From: an uncultured Acidimicrobiia bacterium
GTDB taxonomy: Bacteria; Acidobacteriota; Terriglobia; Versatilivoradales; Versatilivoraceae
Length of the DNA stretch: 64,000 nt
Assembly: GCA_963786955.1 (NCBI GenBank)
Contig: CAWBAT010000005.1
Location: forward strand, 650,860-714,859
Direction of reading: 5' to 3'
Made by a program: the position numbers and the translations under genes. This document shows, in pieces, positions 21,281 through 32,019 of this stretch (within the stretch, counting starts at the first letter, position 1; each line of letters begins with the position of its first letter). The notes beneath the pieces were generated by a model. The model saw only the letters and a list, made by a program, of their open reading frames with translations. It ran no database searches and was not told the DNA's origin.

Positions 21281-22360
21281 TATGGATTCTTTCAAAGGCA
21301 ATGCAATCTCATGGGGTTTGACAGAAGGCGTCGTGGAACTGGTCCTTCATCGCGAACCTTGTAATGAAATAGGCTCGGTGACACTGGCCGAGTTGGAACG
21401 TTTTGCCGATGCCCTCGAGAATTCTGGTCAGAAGCCCAGGCCCTGATTCTCTATAGCCGACTGGCTTCAGGGTTTTGCGCCGGAGCAGACTTGCGTGAGC
21501 TTTTCCGAGGAATTCAGCCGCTGAAAGCCGAGGATCGTTCAAACCGCGTGCGCGATTTTCTACTGCGGATTCATCGTGTTTTTAATGTGATCGACAGTGC
21601 GCCGATCACGACGATCGCGGCGGTTCACGGAGTGGTTTTTGGAGGCGGATTCGAGCTGGCCTTAACCTGCGATATGATCGTGGCAGACCGGACAGGCCGT
21701 TTTTGCTTCCCGGAGTTGCGATTGGGTCTCGTACCCGGATTTGGGGGGATTCCCCGAATGAAGCGGGATATTGGTAACGGCTTGGTGAGGGATCTTCTGC
21801 TGACGGGCCGGAGCATTAACGCGAATAAGGCATCCGCCGCAGGTTTGGTCAGTCAGGTCGTTGCTCCAGGAGAAGCCTTTCGGGTCGCGCGATCCGTCGC
21901 TTTGCAAGCAACCAAATTCGATCGCCGGGCAGCCCAAGTCGCTAAGGAATTCATCAAGCCGATTCCATACGCAGAGTTGCAGGAAGAAATCCGACTCTTT
22001 TGTGAACTGATGGGTCGGCCGGCCGTCGAAGAGGCATTCGCAAGTTTATTGAAAGCACTGACGCACAACCGTATCTCCCATAAATATCGAAAATATTACA
22101 AGGATCGATTCCCTTTATGCCTCATCTCGAGCAAACCCTTGCATGATTTGTTAAAGTTGGCCTCCGAGCATTTCCAGGTCCCCGTCAGCGAACTCAACCC
22201 CGACGAAGATTTTTTCAAGAAACTCAAGATCAATAGTCTCCAAGCCCTAGACCTATTGACCAAATTAGAACACCACTTTAACGTGGAACTCCCTGACTAT
22301 GAATTGCAGGGCGTAACAGATTTCAGAACCCTGGCGGAAAAAATCCAAGCGCGACTGTGA
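21281..22360 (+). CDS. enoyl-CoA hydratase/isomerase (crotonase) fused to a C-terminal acyl-carrier-protein-like domain; frame break near 21440
   Basis: Crotonase motifs (…AAVHGVVFGGGFELALTCDMIVAD…, LRLGLVPGFGG). The last roughly 80 aa, …DEDFFKKLKINSLQALDLLTKLEHHFNVELP, resemble a phosphopantetheine attachment site (Ser in an NSL context). Confidence 0.6.
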
Positions 22361-24083
22361 AACACACGGCCCCCGATTTATCTCCGTTCGCTTCTCTGGG
22401 CGAGGCCCTGCACATGGCTGCGCAGAAGTGGGACCACCACTTGGCTCTCATTGAAGCCGACCGTGAGCGCGAGAACTGCCGCCTGACCTACTCCCAATTT
22501 GAACAAGCCGCCCTTCCTATTGTTCAGGCCCTTCAAGAAGCCGGATTTGAATCCGAGCATCGAGCAGCGATAATCATGTCCAATCAGTCCAAATGGTTGA
22601 TTGCCGCCTATAGCCTTTTTTATGCTGGGGGCGTGCTGGTCCCCCTGGATTTCAAGTTGACACCTGCGGAACATTTGCAACTTCTGGCCCACGCCTCGGT
22701 AAGGTATTGATCGTGGAATTTCCTTTCTGGCTGGCAATAACTCAGACTCCGGCCTATAAGGAATTCGCCCTGTCCCCTAGTCCTCGTGACCGAGGCCCCC
22801 AAGACTGTGAAATTAGTGGGTGCACAGCGTTGGGAAGAGCGCACTCTTGCCGGAGCAAAGCCCCGCTTCGTACCAAGAACACGGCAAGACCTGGCCGGTA
22901 TCGTCTACTCCTCGGGTACGGGTGGGCAACCCAAAGGATGCATGTTGACTCACGACAATTATTTGGAGCAGTGCCAGTCATTGATGACCTGGTATCCGTT
23001 TTGGCCCGGAGTTCGTTATCTCAGCATCCTTCCAACAAACCATGCCATTGATTTCATGGTCGGATTTCTTGGACCTTTTTTTTGCGGAGCCACGGTTGTT
23101 CATCTCCGAACATTACGTCCCGAGTATCTCAAGGAGGCATTCCCACGCTATCGAATCACTTACGCCAGTGTTGTCCCCATGGTGTTAAAAGCCTTCGAAT
23201 CGGGTTTGAAGAACAAGTTCAAAGAATTCCCACCAAGCCGGCAATGGGTTCTCAGTTGTCTGATGCGCATCAACCGATGGTTAACGCGTAACCGCCCACG
23301 ACCGTGGATCAGCCGGCGGTTACTGCCCAATATTCATCAAGCCTTCGGCGGTGAACTGTTAGCCCTGATTACTGGGGGCGCCTTCGCAGAGCCTTCGACT
23401 TTGCAGTTTTTTTATGATCTCGGCATTCCCGTCGCCAACGGATACGGGTTGACGGAGGCCGGAACTGCTGTCACTGTCAACGATTTGAAACCCTTTCGAG
23501 CGGACACGGTGGGAAAGCCGTTGCCCGGGAGTTGAATTGAAGATTCTCGATGCGGATGCAGATGGGGTCGGACAAGTTGCGGTGCGAAGCAAGACTGTCA
23601 TGAGAGGCTACTTGAATGATCCTGAAATGACTGCTGAAGTGCTTGTCAAGGGGTGGTTGTTGACCGGCGACCTCGGACGAGTGGATGCAACCGGCCATCT
23701 CCTGCTGTTTGGGCGTTTGAAGAATATGATTGTGACCGAAGGGAGGGAAAAACATATACCCCGAGGATATTGAGTCTGCGTTTCAAGGCTTACCCGTTAA
23801 AGAGTTTTGCGTCTTTGCGGTCAATTATGTCTGGAAAAAACAGACCTTGGTCGGAGAACAGCTGATGCTCGTCGTTCAACTGGAACCAGGAGATGAGCTA
23901 ACTCCAGCCTTGATCGAGGAGCTGCAGACTCGCAACCTTCGGCTGGCAGATTTCAAGCGGGTTTCAGGCTATCTTCTTTATGACGAAGATTTCCCGCGTA
24001 CCGCTTCCCTGAAAATTAAGCGCAGGATTCTGGCTGAACGGATAGCCACAAAGCTGAACCGGACTGATGTGAGAACGCTATGA
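22357..24083 (+). CDS. second AMP-dependent acyl-CoA synthetase/ligase; at least 3 frame breaks
   Basis: GTG start overlapping the upstream stop. Motifs [23 protein letters not shown], …[13 protein letters not shown]… and …[25 protein letters not shown]… are spread across ORFs 22357-22710, 22786-23535, 23537-23773 and 23847-24083. Confidence 0.6.
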
Positions 24084-24097
24084 TAATTCGTGCGTTA

Positions 24098-24996
24098 TGA
24101 AACGTTACCTGGCTATCGTGAACCCTGCCGCCGGAGGAGGACGCTGCGGCAAGCTGGCATCCGAGACACTCGGGACAAATACGTGCGGGCGGGGTGGCGG
24201 TTGAAGTAGCTGGGACCCAACGCGCCGGAGATGCGACCGCCTTGGCAAGGGAAGGCTACGAACGGGGCTTCCGTCACTTCCTTGCCGTGGGAGGAGACGG
24301 GACAAGCTTCGAGATCGTGAACGGGTTGTTCCCGCGCGAGAACCAGACGGACAGGGTCGCGTTGGGATTTCTCCCCTTGGGGACCGGAAATTCCTTTCTC
24401 CGCGACTTCGCCGAAGCGGGTTTACCACACGCTATAGAGGCCATAATCAAGCAAAAAATAGACCGTGCGATGTCCTTTGTCTCAAACACGGGGGAGGCCA
24501 ATTGCATTACATCAATCTTGTGAGCTTCGGATTCACGGCTGAGGCAGGCACTTTGACAAACAGCCGGTTCAAGCCGTTGGGGGAGGTTGGCTACTTATTG
24601 GCCACTTTAATCTGCTGGATGAAACTCCATTACCCTACCTTTCCACTGCGCGTGGATGATGCCTCGGAGATTGATCACCGGCCTTGCACCTATTTAACCT
24701 TTTCAAATAGCCGCTATACCGGGGGGAAATTCATGATTGCTCCCTTCGCAAACACGGCAGACGGGTTGATTGAGCTGACACGAGTCGGAACCTTAAAGCG
24801 ATTAGATTTTGCTCGGACTTTTCCCAAAATATTTTCCGGAACTCACATGAGTCATCCGCTGATCTCACATGTGGGCGCCCACCGGGTCGATTTCCAAATT
24901 TCGCAGCCGATCGATGTCATGATTGACGGTGAAGTGGTGGCTTGCTTACCGGAGTCTATTGTCGTCTTGCCGCAAGCTCTCGATGTGATGGTATGA
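24098..24996 (+). CDS. diacylglycerol-kinase catalytic-domain lipid kinase (YegS/DagK-like); frame break near 24180
   Basis: [15 protein letters not shown]… then …[20 protein letters not shown]…[12 protein letters not shown]… (DAGK_cat) and a C-terminal beta-sandwich domain in ORF 24502-24996. Confidence 0.65.
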
Positions 24997-25790
24997 AGCA
25001 ATTTTATCTGATCATCCGCAGTGTTTTTCTCTGGATTCTCAGTGCCATTCATTTTTTTACTGTTTGTACCGGCTTGGTCATTCTGGGTATTTTCTTCGAC
25101 CCTCGCACCAATGATTGGCCTCAACGATGGTTCTTTCGGAATATCCTCCGCGTGGCTGGCGTGGGATTTCAAGTGAAGCGCTCACCCGGTTTCGACCCTC
25201 AACGCACGAGCATTTTTGTTTGCAACCACATTAATATTTTTGACGCATTCGTAATCTATTCGGCGATTCCGCAATTCGTTCGAGGTCTAGAACTGGAGTC
25301 TCACTTCAAGATCCCGGCCTATGGATGGATGATGAAACGATTTGGGAATATACCTGTAACGAAAGCTGGAGGGCCCTCACAATTCAAGAAAACTCTGGAA
25401 CACGTTAGGTCTCATATTGCGAACGGCATCAGCGTCATTATCTTTGCCGAAGGAACAAGAACACGGGATGGACGGGTTGGCCCGTTCCAGAAAGGTGGCT
25501 TTGTTATGGCCCACCACATTGGCGCGCCGATCGTTCCCATGAGCATCTGTGGGTCATTTGAATTCAACCGCAAGGGCAGCTGGATGCTACACCCCTCCAC
25601 AATCAACGTCTATCTGCACGACACGATCGAGACAACAGGGATCAAGAAAGAAGAATTAAACGAATTGGTAAAAGAGGTTCACCGAATTGTCTCTGAACCG
25701 GTCGATGCCTCTTTGAAAGTCCAGTCCGGCGCCCATCGATCAAACAAAGAGAACACGACAGGGGGACACAACTACAACTTAAGCGCTTGA
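24993..25790 (+). CDS. 1-acyl-sn-glycerol-3-phosphate acyltransferase (PlsC/LPLAT family)
   Basis: N-terminal TM, then the HX4D motif (FVCNHINIFD), …FGNIPV… and …VIIFAEGTRTRDGRVGPFQKGGF…, which are LPLAT blocks I-IV. Start taken at MKQFYLII. Confidence 0.8.
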   Translation: MKQFYLIIRSVFLWILSAIHFFTVCTGLVILGIFFDPRTNDWPQRWFFRNILRVAGVGFQVKRSPGFDPQRTSIFVCNHINIFDAFVIYSAIPQFVRGLELESHFKIPAYGWMMKRFGNIPVTKAGGPSQFKKTLEHVRSHIANGISVIIFAEGTRTRDGRVGPFQKGGFVMAHHIGAPIVPMSICGSFEFNRKGSWMLHPSTINVYLHDTIETTGIKKEELNELVKEVHRIVSEPVDASLKVQSGAHRSNKENTTGGHNYNLSA

Positions 25791-26211
25791 GACCGCTCAA
25801 GAGGGTTGGAATCGTTCTTCGAGCGGTAATTCACTGGTCACAGTTCTTCTCTCCTCTAATCCGCATGTAGATTCAATTCACTCCGGCACTATCGTATTAG
25901 TCCCACGCGGCCTCCTTGTGATGCAGGCGTCCCACCTGCAGCTCGCGATTGGACATTTCGGGAGAGGATAGGGCGCGACCGCTGGGGCGGCGCGCCGCGG
26001 ACGGCCTATGAGTTCAGCCCGCGGCCAGGAGGTTCTGTCGGCGCGCGGTCACTGTTGTGCTCCTCAGTTGTGGGTCGCGAATCTATCGGTCTCTTCACTT
26101 CGCCTGCTCAAAGTCTGTCTACTGCATAGTCTCGCCCACAATACGGTCATCCGCGTGAGACAGTCAGGTGCATTGAAAATGCCGTCGTCGATCTTTGGCT
26201 CCACTCACCTG

Positions 26212-27402
26212 TCAGAAAAGAATCTTGATCACCCGCGTGACCAACTCCTCAAGCGAAAAGACCGTCAGAGCCAACGGCAGAAGAGGCGCGGCGGTCACGG
26301 CGGCGAGTCTTGCGATGTCCTTAAGTCCGAAGGGCACGAGGCGCATCTCTTCAACAATCGAATAACTGTTTCCGAGATCGGCCAGCGACTGAATGTCGCC
26401 AGTGCCCAGAAGTTCATCGCCTTGTGCCGCGTTCCCCCGAACCCACTTGTCCTCAAATCCCTGGACGTAGCGGTTAGCGAGCAGTCCGTATGCGTCCAAT
26501 CCCCTCTGTTTCGCCCGCGCGAGCTGCGGCGTAAACATGACGAGTGGGCCGAGAAGGAACAGAACGAAGAAACCCACCAAGCTCACGGCTTCCATCTTGA
26601 AGGACAGCAAGCTCTCACCCTCGTACAGGATCCGACTGGCGATCATACCCGCCAGCAACAGGCCTTGGGCGAAAAGGATCGGTCCGAAGGCGTAGGTGCT
26701 CTTACCCAGGAAGGCTAGTCCGCCGGCTCGGTCCGGGTGGGTGGAGATGAGGCACAAGTTCAGCCTCGAGACCTGCCACAGGAACCGAAACCAGATAAGG
26801 AGCCGCAGATACCAGCGGAGCAAGATGAACTGAAAAATTGGAATACTGACGAAGGCATACCAGTACCCGGCAGGCGTGAGATGCAAATGGGTGCCTTGCG
26901 GCATCGCATACCAGGTTGCTGCACCGATGGCAATCTGGCTCCGCCAGAGCCATTGCCCGACCGTCCAGACTAGAATCACCAGCGCCACTTCCATGGGGGC
27001 CGAGTTGCGCACACGCTCGGCCGAGTGAATGGCGGCGTGGAATTTCGGCAGATCTTCGGAGACGACAATGTCCCGCTCCACGAACCGTGACACCACGGGG
27101 CGGACGCGCAAATGGACGATCAGCTCGGCGGCAATCAGCACCGGTAACGCGACCAGGAATCGAACCTGCACCTCGATGTCGTGTAAAAATGGGACCTTGA
27201 TGGCTCCGCCCAGCGCATGCCCGCCAATCAGCGACAATACCAATAGCGGGAGCCACGCGAAAAGCGAGATAAACAGAATTCGGCGGTGGAGCAACTCCAG
27301 TGCGTCTCCGGACACATGTGTCCGCCGGAACAGTTGATACAGAGGACCGCCCAAGCATAGCGAAAAGTCAGGCGATTCTTGGAGAGGCGTGGTTTTGTTC
27401 AT
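26212..27402 (-). CDS. polytopic membrane protein of unknown function (first gene of the high-GC block)
   Basis: 396 aa with about 8 predicted TM helices and no recognisable catalytic motif. GC is about 62%, against about 50% for flanking DNA. Confidence 0.5.
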   Translation of the reverse strand: MNKTTPLQESPDFSLCLGGPLYQLFRRTHVSGDALELLHRRILFISLFAWLPLLVLSLIGGHALGGAIKVPFLHDIEVQVRFLVALPVLIAAELIVHLRVRPVVSRFVERDIVVSEDLPKFHAAIHSAERVRNSAPMEVALVILVWTVGQWLWRSQIAIGAATWYAMPQGTHLHLTPAGYWYAFVSIPIFQFILLRWYLRLLIWFRFLWQVSRLNLCLISTHPDRAGGLAFLGKSTYAFGPILFAQGLLLAGMIASRILYEGESLLSFKMEAVSLVGFFVLFLLGPLVMFTPQLARAKQRGLDAYGLLANRYVQGFEDKWVRGNAAQGDELLGTGDIQSLADLGNSYSIVEEMRLVPFGLKDIARLAAVTAAPLLPLALTVFSLEELVTRVIKILF

Positions 27403-27474
27403 GGTGCAGGATCCTTAGAACTCAAGCCCCGGCCGCAGCAGGGTGCCTTGCGCGGTGGTCTTCCCAGATAAAAA

Positions 27475-27702
27475 TCATGTCATTCTTTGCTTGCTGAGCG
27501 GTACTGGTGTCCCAACACCCCACTGGCGGGCGGCCAACTTCAGCGCCAGTCCAGAGACCAGCGCGGCGGCGAGGTTGGTTTTCGTTTTCATGGTCGTGTC
27601 CTTTCTTTGTTTATCGGTTGCCGCGCCCGCCGCCTTGCGACGGCGGGCGCAGTTCTTATTACACTTACTGTGCGGCGGCGATGGTGGCTTTGCCTTCTTC
27701 AA
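27475..27702 (-). CDS. signal-peptide-like mini-ORF (MKTKT…) sharing a leader/RBS context with the sulfatase genes
   Basis: 75 aa beginning [21 protein letters not shown]. The upstream context gaaaggacacgaccATGaaaac parallels the sulfatase starts at 30076 and 33654. Could be a remnant N-terminus or a real small secreted peptide. Confidence 0.25.
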   Translation of the reverse strand: MKKAKPPSPPHSKCNKNCARRRKAAGAATDKQRKDTTMKTKTNLAAALVSGLALKLAARQWGVGTPVPLSKQRMT

Positions 27703-30076
27703 GTTTCTGCTGGTCCTGCGCCGTCAATGGCACGGGTTTCAAGTAAACCGTCACCTTCTTGAGCTCGCCGGTGAACTTGAACGGGACGTGGTAATCCTCG
27801 GTGACGGGTGTGCCGGTGTCCTCGCCGCAATCGAGCGTCTCGTCGAGCGAGAGGCGGAAGGCCAGTGTACGTTCGATGCGGCCGGTGGCCACGGTCTTGC
27901 CGTCCACCTGGATCGTGCCGACGCCGCCTTTGCCGAGGCCACCGCCATCGTATTTGAAGTCGTAAACGATGGTGTGCGCGCCTGGCGCAAGCTTGTCCTT
28001 ACCGGTGACAAGGTAGTGGGCGACACCGGCGAGGTTGTAGCAGAAGACCGGCTTGCCTTTGAGCAGGTAAAGTCCCCACCCGGAGAAACGTCCACCATGC
28101 GTGAGCAACATGCCTTCCGCGCCGCCCTTGGGGATGTCCACCTCGGCTTTGATCTGCCAGGACTTGTTCTTCGTGTCCGGCGCTGCGCCCTCGGGGATGC
28201 GCACGAGGCCGGGGTAGTAGGTGAACTCGTCCCGCCCGCGCGTCAGGCTGGGCCGGATGTTCACATCGAAGCGGTTAATCCTGCTGTTCTCGATCGGCAG
28301 CACATTGTATTTCTCGGCTTCCTTCCAGAAGAGGTCCTGCAGCTCCTTGAGCTTGGCGGGCTCTTTGGTCGCGAGGTTGTTCGCTTCGGAGAAATCCTCG
28401 CTGACGTTGTAGAGTTCCCACTTGTAGTCAAGGACGGAAGGCAATCGCCCTTCGATCTCGGCCGCCGAGTCCCACGGCGCAACCCCCGGCGTCGTGCAGG
28501 CGACCCAGCCATCGTGATAGATGCCCTGGTTGCCAAACATCTCGAAATACTGCGTCGTGTGTTTCGACGGCGCTTTTGCGTCATCGAACGTATAAACGAG
28601 GCTCGCGCCTTCAATGGGTTTCTGCGCCACACCGTTGATGCTCGTCGGCGCGGGCACACCGGCGGCTTCGAGCAACGTGGGCATGATGTCAATCACCGAG
28701 CAGAACTGCGAACGGATGCCGCCCACGTCCTTGATGCGCGCCGGCCAGGAGATGACCATGCCGTTGCGCGTGCCGCCGAAGTGCGAGGCGATCTGCTTGC
28801 ACCATTGGAACGGCGTGTCCATCGCGTGCGCCCAACCGACCGGGTAGTGGTTGAAGGTGTTCGGCCCGCCGAGTTCGTTCATGCGGCGCAGGACTTCCTT
28901 CATGTCTTCGGGGATGCCGTTGAACACCGTCATCTCGTTGAGCAGGCCTTGCATACCGCCTTCGCCGCTCGCGCCGTTATCGCCCTGGATGTAGATGACG
29001 AGCGTGTTGTCCAGTTCACCCTGCGCTTCGATGGTATCGAGGATGCGGCCCATCTCGGTGTCGGCGTGTGAGAGCGCCGCGGCATAGACTTCCATCATGT
29101 GGGCAAAAACTTTCTTCTGGTCGGCGTTCAAGCTGTCCCACGCAGGAATGCCAGCGGAACGCTCCGTCAACTTCGTATTCGCCGGGATGATGCCCGCCGC
29201 CTTCTGCCGCGCGAAAGTTTCCTCCCGCACCTTGTCCCAGCCTTGATCGAACTTTCCCTTGAACTTCGCGATCCAATCCGGCGGTGCGTGATGCGGCGCA
29301 TGGGCCGTGCCCGTCGCGTAGTAGGCGAGGAAGGGCTTGCCCGGCGCGGTCGCGTGCTGCATCCGAATCCAGTCAATGCAATGGTCGGCCATGTCATTGT
29401 CGAAGAAGTAATTCTTCGCGTCATGCGGCGGCTCGATGGGTTTCGTGCCCTCGAAGAGCGCCGGATTCCACTGACTCGTGTCGCCGCCGATGAAGCCGTA
29501 GAAGTATTCAAACCCCAGCCCGGTGGGCCACAGGTCGAACGGCCCCGCCTGGCTGGTCATCCAGTCGGGGACGTTGTGGTTCTTGCCATACCAGGACGTG
29601 TTGTAGCCGTTCTGCTTCAGAATCTCGGCGAACGTCCCGTCGCTCTTCGACATCAGGGAGTTGTAGCCGGGGAAGCCAGTGGCCAGTTCCATGATGACGC
29701 CGGTGTTGGCGCTGTGATGATTGCGTCCGCTGAGCAGTGCGGCGCGCGTGGGCGAGCAAAGCGCCGTGGTGTGGAATTGATTGTAGCGAAGTCCGTTTTT
29801 GGCCAGGCGATCCATCGTCGGCGTGGGAATCGGCCCGCCAAACGTGGATGACGCCCCGAAGCCCACATCATCGGTGAGGATGACGAGAATGTTCGGCGCG
29901 CCTTTCGGTGCTGCGACACCCTTGGGGAAATCCGGCGTGGACTCCTTGGGCGTGCGGCCAATCTTGCCGCCGAAGGGTTGTTCGGGTCGGGGCAGGACTT
30001 GTTGCGCCCTTGCCGGTAGCGCATAGGCTGTGGCCAGCACAAGGATCAGAACGGCGAGCATGGTTTTGGTTTTCAT
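27665..30076 (-). CDS. arylsulfatase-family sulfatase (Cys-type), secreted
   Basis: 803 aa with signal peptide [24 protein letters not shown]. Sulfatase signature ILTDDVGFG…[15 protein letters not shown] (C-x-P-x-R), followed by a C-terminal beta-sandwich extension. Confidence 0.9.
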   Translation of the reverse strand: MKTKTMLAVLILVLATAYALPARAQQVLPRPEQPFGGKIGRTPKESTPDFPKGVAAPKGAPNILVILTDDVGFGASSTFGGPIPTPTMDRLAKNGLRYNQFHTTALCSPTRAALLSGRNHHSANTGVIMELATGFPGYNSLMSKSDGTFAEILKQNGYNTSWYGKNHNVPDWMTSQAGPFDLWPTGLGFEYFYGFIGGDTSQWNPALFEGTKPIEPPHDAKNYFFDNDMADHCIDWIRMQHATAPGKPFLAYYATGTAHAPHHAPPDWIAKFKGKFDQGWDKVREETFARQKAAGIIPANTKLTERSAGIPAWDSLNADQKKVFAHMMEVYAAALSHADTEMGRILDTIEAQGELDNTLVIYIQGDNGASGEGGMQGLLNEMTVFNGIPEDMKEVLRRMNELGGPNTFNHYPVGWAHAMDTPFQWCKQIASHFGGTRNGMVISWPARIKDVGGIRSQFCSVIDIMPTLLEAAGVPAPTSINGVAQKPIEGASLVYTFDDAKAPSKHTTQYFEMFGNQGIYHDGWVACTTPGVAPWDSAAEIEGRLPSVLDYKWELYNVSEDFSEANNLATKEPAKLKELQDLFWKEAEKYNVLPIENSRINRFDVNIRPSLTRGRDEFTYYPGLVRIPEGAAPDTKNKSWQIKAEVDIPKGGAEGMLLTHGGRFSGWGLYLLKGKPVFCYNLAGVAHYLVTGKDKLAPGAHTIVYDFKYDGGGLGKGGVGTIQVDGKTVATGRIERTLAFRLSLDETLDCGEDTGTPVTEDYHVPFKFTGELKKVTVYLKPVPLTAQDQQKLEEGKATIAAAQ

Positions 30077-30248
30077 GGTTGTTTTCCTTTCATTGGTTGC
30101 TTGGTTGACCCGCGGCAGCGTCAGCGAGCACGGCGGCGAGGAATTGGGGAGTTTTCATTTTCATAGTTTTGTTCTTTCTTTGGTTGATTGGTTCGCTGGT
30201 TAACGCGCGAGCCGTCCACTCGGACAGCCCGCGTGTTTCACAATCGAA

Positions 30249-31883
30249 TCATTTCAGTTTCAGTTGCTGGAGCTTCTTCGCCGCCGTACCGAACTGACCA
30301 AGCTGATAGACCGCTGCGCCCGCCGGTGAAAAGGTGAACGCCACAAACGGTTCGGCCAGCATTCCATCCAAGTATTCTTTGCTGGCGACGCCAGTGCTGA
30401 CATGCGGATTGAAATTCTCGCCGGTGCCCTTCGGCACAAACACGGAAACGTATTTGATCAGGAACGGATCAATGACCGGATCTTCGGGCGTAGTGACGAA
30501 CGCGGACGAGTCGCCGGTTTCCACCGTGAACGGAGCAACGGCGGCGATGATGTCCGCCTGGAGTTTAAGTAATTCCGGGGTCGGCTTCGCGCAGATGCCC
30601 GCAAGGCCGATGGGACCGCTTGCGACGTAGTAGTATTTGAAGGCTTCCAGCTTCATCGCGGTCACGTTGGCTTTGGCGATGACTCTTCCAGCAGCGTCAT
30701 AGACCTTGTCGAGGTCGGCGGTGCGGACGTAGCGCTGGATCAGCGTGATGTGCGGACGGTGCGTCGCATCCAGTGAAAAGCCTTTCGGGTAAACCTTCAG
30801 CAGGCGGGCGTTGTTCACTTCGCTTTCCTTGAGCATCGTGGCGTCCGGCTCCAGCAAGATGTCAATGGCCGTGCCAGCGGCTTCCTCGGCAGGGAAGACT
30901 GATTTCCAATCGTTCTTCATATTCACGACCACCCAGCCGTTCGCAGCGGCGGCCTTCAACGAGGCGTTGTCCGGCTCGGCGTAAGCGAACTCGCGCGCGG
31001 CATCGTCATGGTTGACCATCAGTTGGAGCGTCGCGCCGGGGCGGCTCTGACAGTAGCGCAGCATGGCGATGTCGCCGCCGGAGAAGACGTTCCCGGCCGA
31101 CAGTATCGGCTTGCGACCGATGTGCTGATTGATGCCAACGGGCTTGCCCTCTTTGTCATCGATGAAATTCAGCTCCGGCAGACGCAAGAGCACCGGCTGG
31201 CCGTCGCGGATTTCAAACCTCGTTTTGATACTGCTGCCGACGACCTGCTCGGGCGGGATCTCATAGACCTTTTCCGTCCACGGGCGCATGAACTCGATGC
31301 CACCGCCGGAGACGATGTAGTTCTTGAAACCGTTGGCGCGCAGGTAGGCGAGCACTTCGAGCATGGGCTGATAGACCATCTCAGTGTAAGGCCGCCCGGT
31401 CGTCGGATGCTTCGCCGTACCGATCCAATCCTTCACCATCTTCTCAAACTCCACGGTGGTCATGCCTGCATGCGTGGCCATGATGATTTCGAGCAAGGCG
31501 TGTTCTCCGCCCGCCATCGAGCCTTTCACGTCACCCTTGAGCAACGAGGCGAACGGTTCCGTCGTCTTCCATTCCGGGTGCTGCGGCGCGAGCGCCTTCA
31601 CGCCGTCAAGCGCGAAGTATAATTGGACGGGCACCGGCTTCTCACACCAGAGCGTGCCGTCGTTGTCGAACGTGGCGATGCGTTCCGGTACCGGCACGAA
31701 ATCCGGCGAACCGGGTTTGGTGACCTTGGCGACAAATGCGACGATGGATTTCTTGGCCGCGCCGTCGTTCCACGAGGGAAGCGGGTCGCTTTGCGCTCGT
31801 GCTGTACCAACTGCGCCGCCGACAAGTAACGTCGCGAAGGCAACAGCAAGTATGAAGCTGAAGGCAGCTTTGTTCGTTCTCAT
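30249..31883 (-). CDS. secreted HAD-superfamily hydrolase domain protein (phosphatase-like), C-terminal domain unknown
   Basis: 544 aa with signal peptide. HAD motif I FDNDGTLW, …SGGGIEFMRPW… and NVFSGGDI…. The C-terminal roughly 250 aa are unrecognised. Confidence 0.5.
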   Translation of the reverse strand: MRTNKAAFSFILAVAFATLLVGGAVGTARAQSDPLPSWNDGAAKKSIVAFVAKVTKPGSPDFVPVPERIATFDNDGTLWCEKPVPVQLYFALDGVKALAPQHPEWKTTEPFASLLKGDVKGSMAGGEHALLEIIMATHAGMTTVEFEKMVKDWIGTAKHPTTGRPYTEMVYQPMLEVLAYLRANGFKNYIVSGGGIEFMRPWTEKVYEIPPEQVVGSSIKTRFEIRDGQPVLLRLPELNFIDDKEGKPVGINQHIGRKPILSAGNVFSGGDIAMLRYCQSRPGATLQLMVNHDDAAREFAYAEPDNASLKAAAANGWVVVNMKNDWKSVFPAEEAAGTAIDILLEPDATMLKESEVNNARLLKVYPKGFSLDATHRPHITLIQRYVRTADLDKVYDAAGRVIAKANVTAMKLEAFKYYYVASGPIGLAGICAKPTPELLKLQADIIAAVAPFTVETGDSSAFVTTPEDPVIDPFLIKYVSVFVPKGTGENFNPHVSTGVASKEYLDGMLAEPFVAFTFSPAGAAVYQLGQFGTAAKKLQQLKLK

Positions 31884-32019
31884 GTTGCTTCCTCCTGATC
31901 ATATGAACCGCAGGGCATAGTCCTTGCTGCGCCGTATGCCTTACCGTCACCCACTACCATGAGGTGGTTTTTTCGCCGCGGGCAGCCCTTGCGGACCGCC
32001 CGCCATGTATGCGTCCGTG

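Noticed and set aside
27443-30108. Long plus-strand ORFs (e.g. 27443-29071, 542 aa; 29099-29851; 29653-30042 etc.) opposite the sulfatase
   Set aside because: High-GC antisense artefacts. The translations are Arg/Ala/Gly-rich low-complexity with no motifs, whereas the minus-strand sulfatase is unmistakable.
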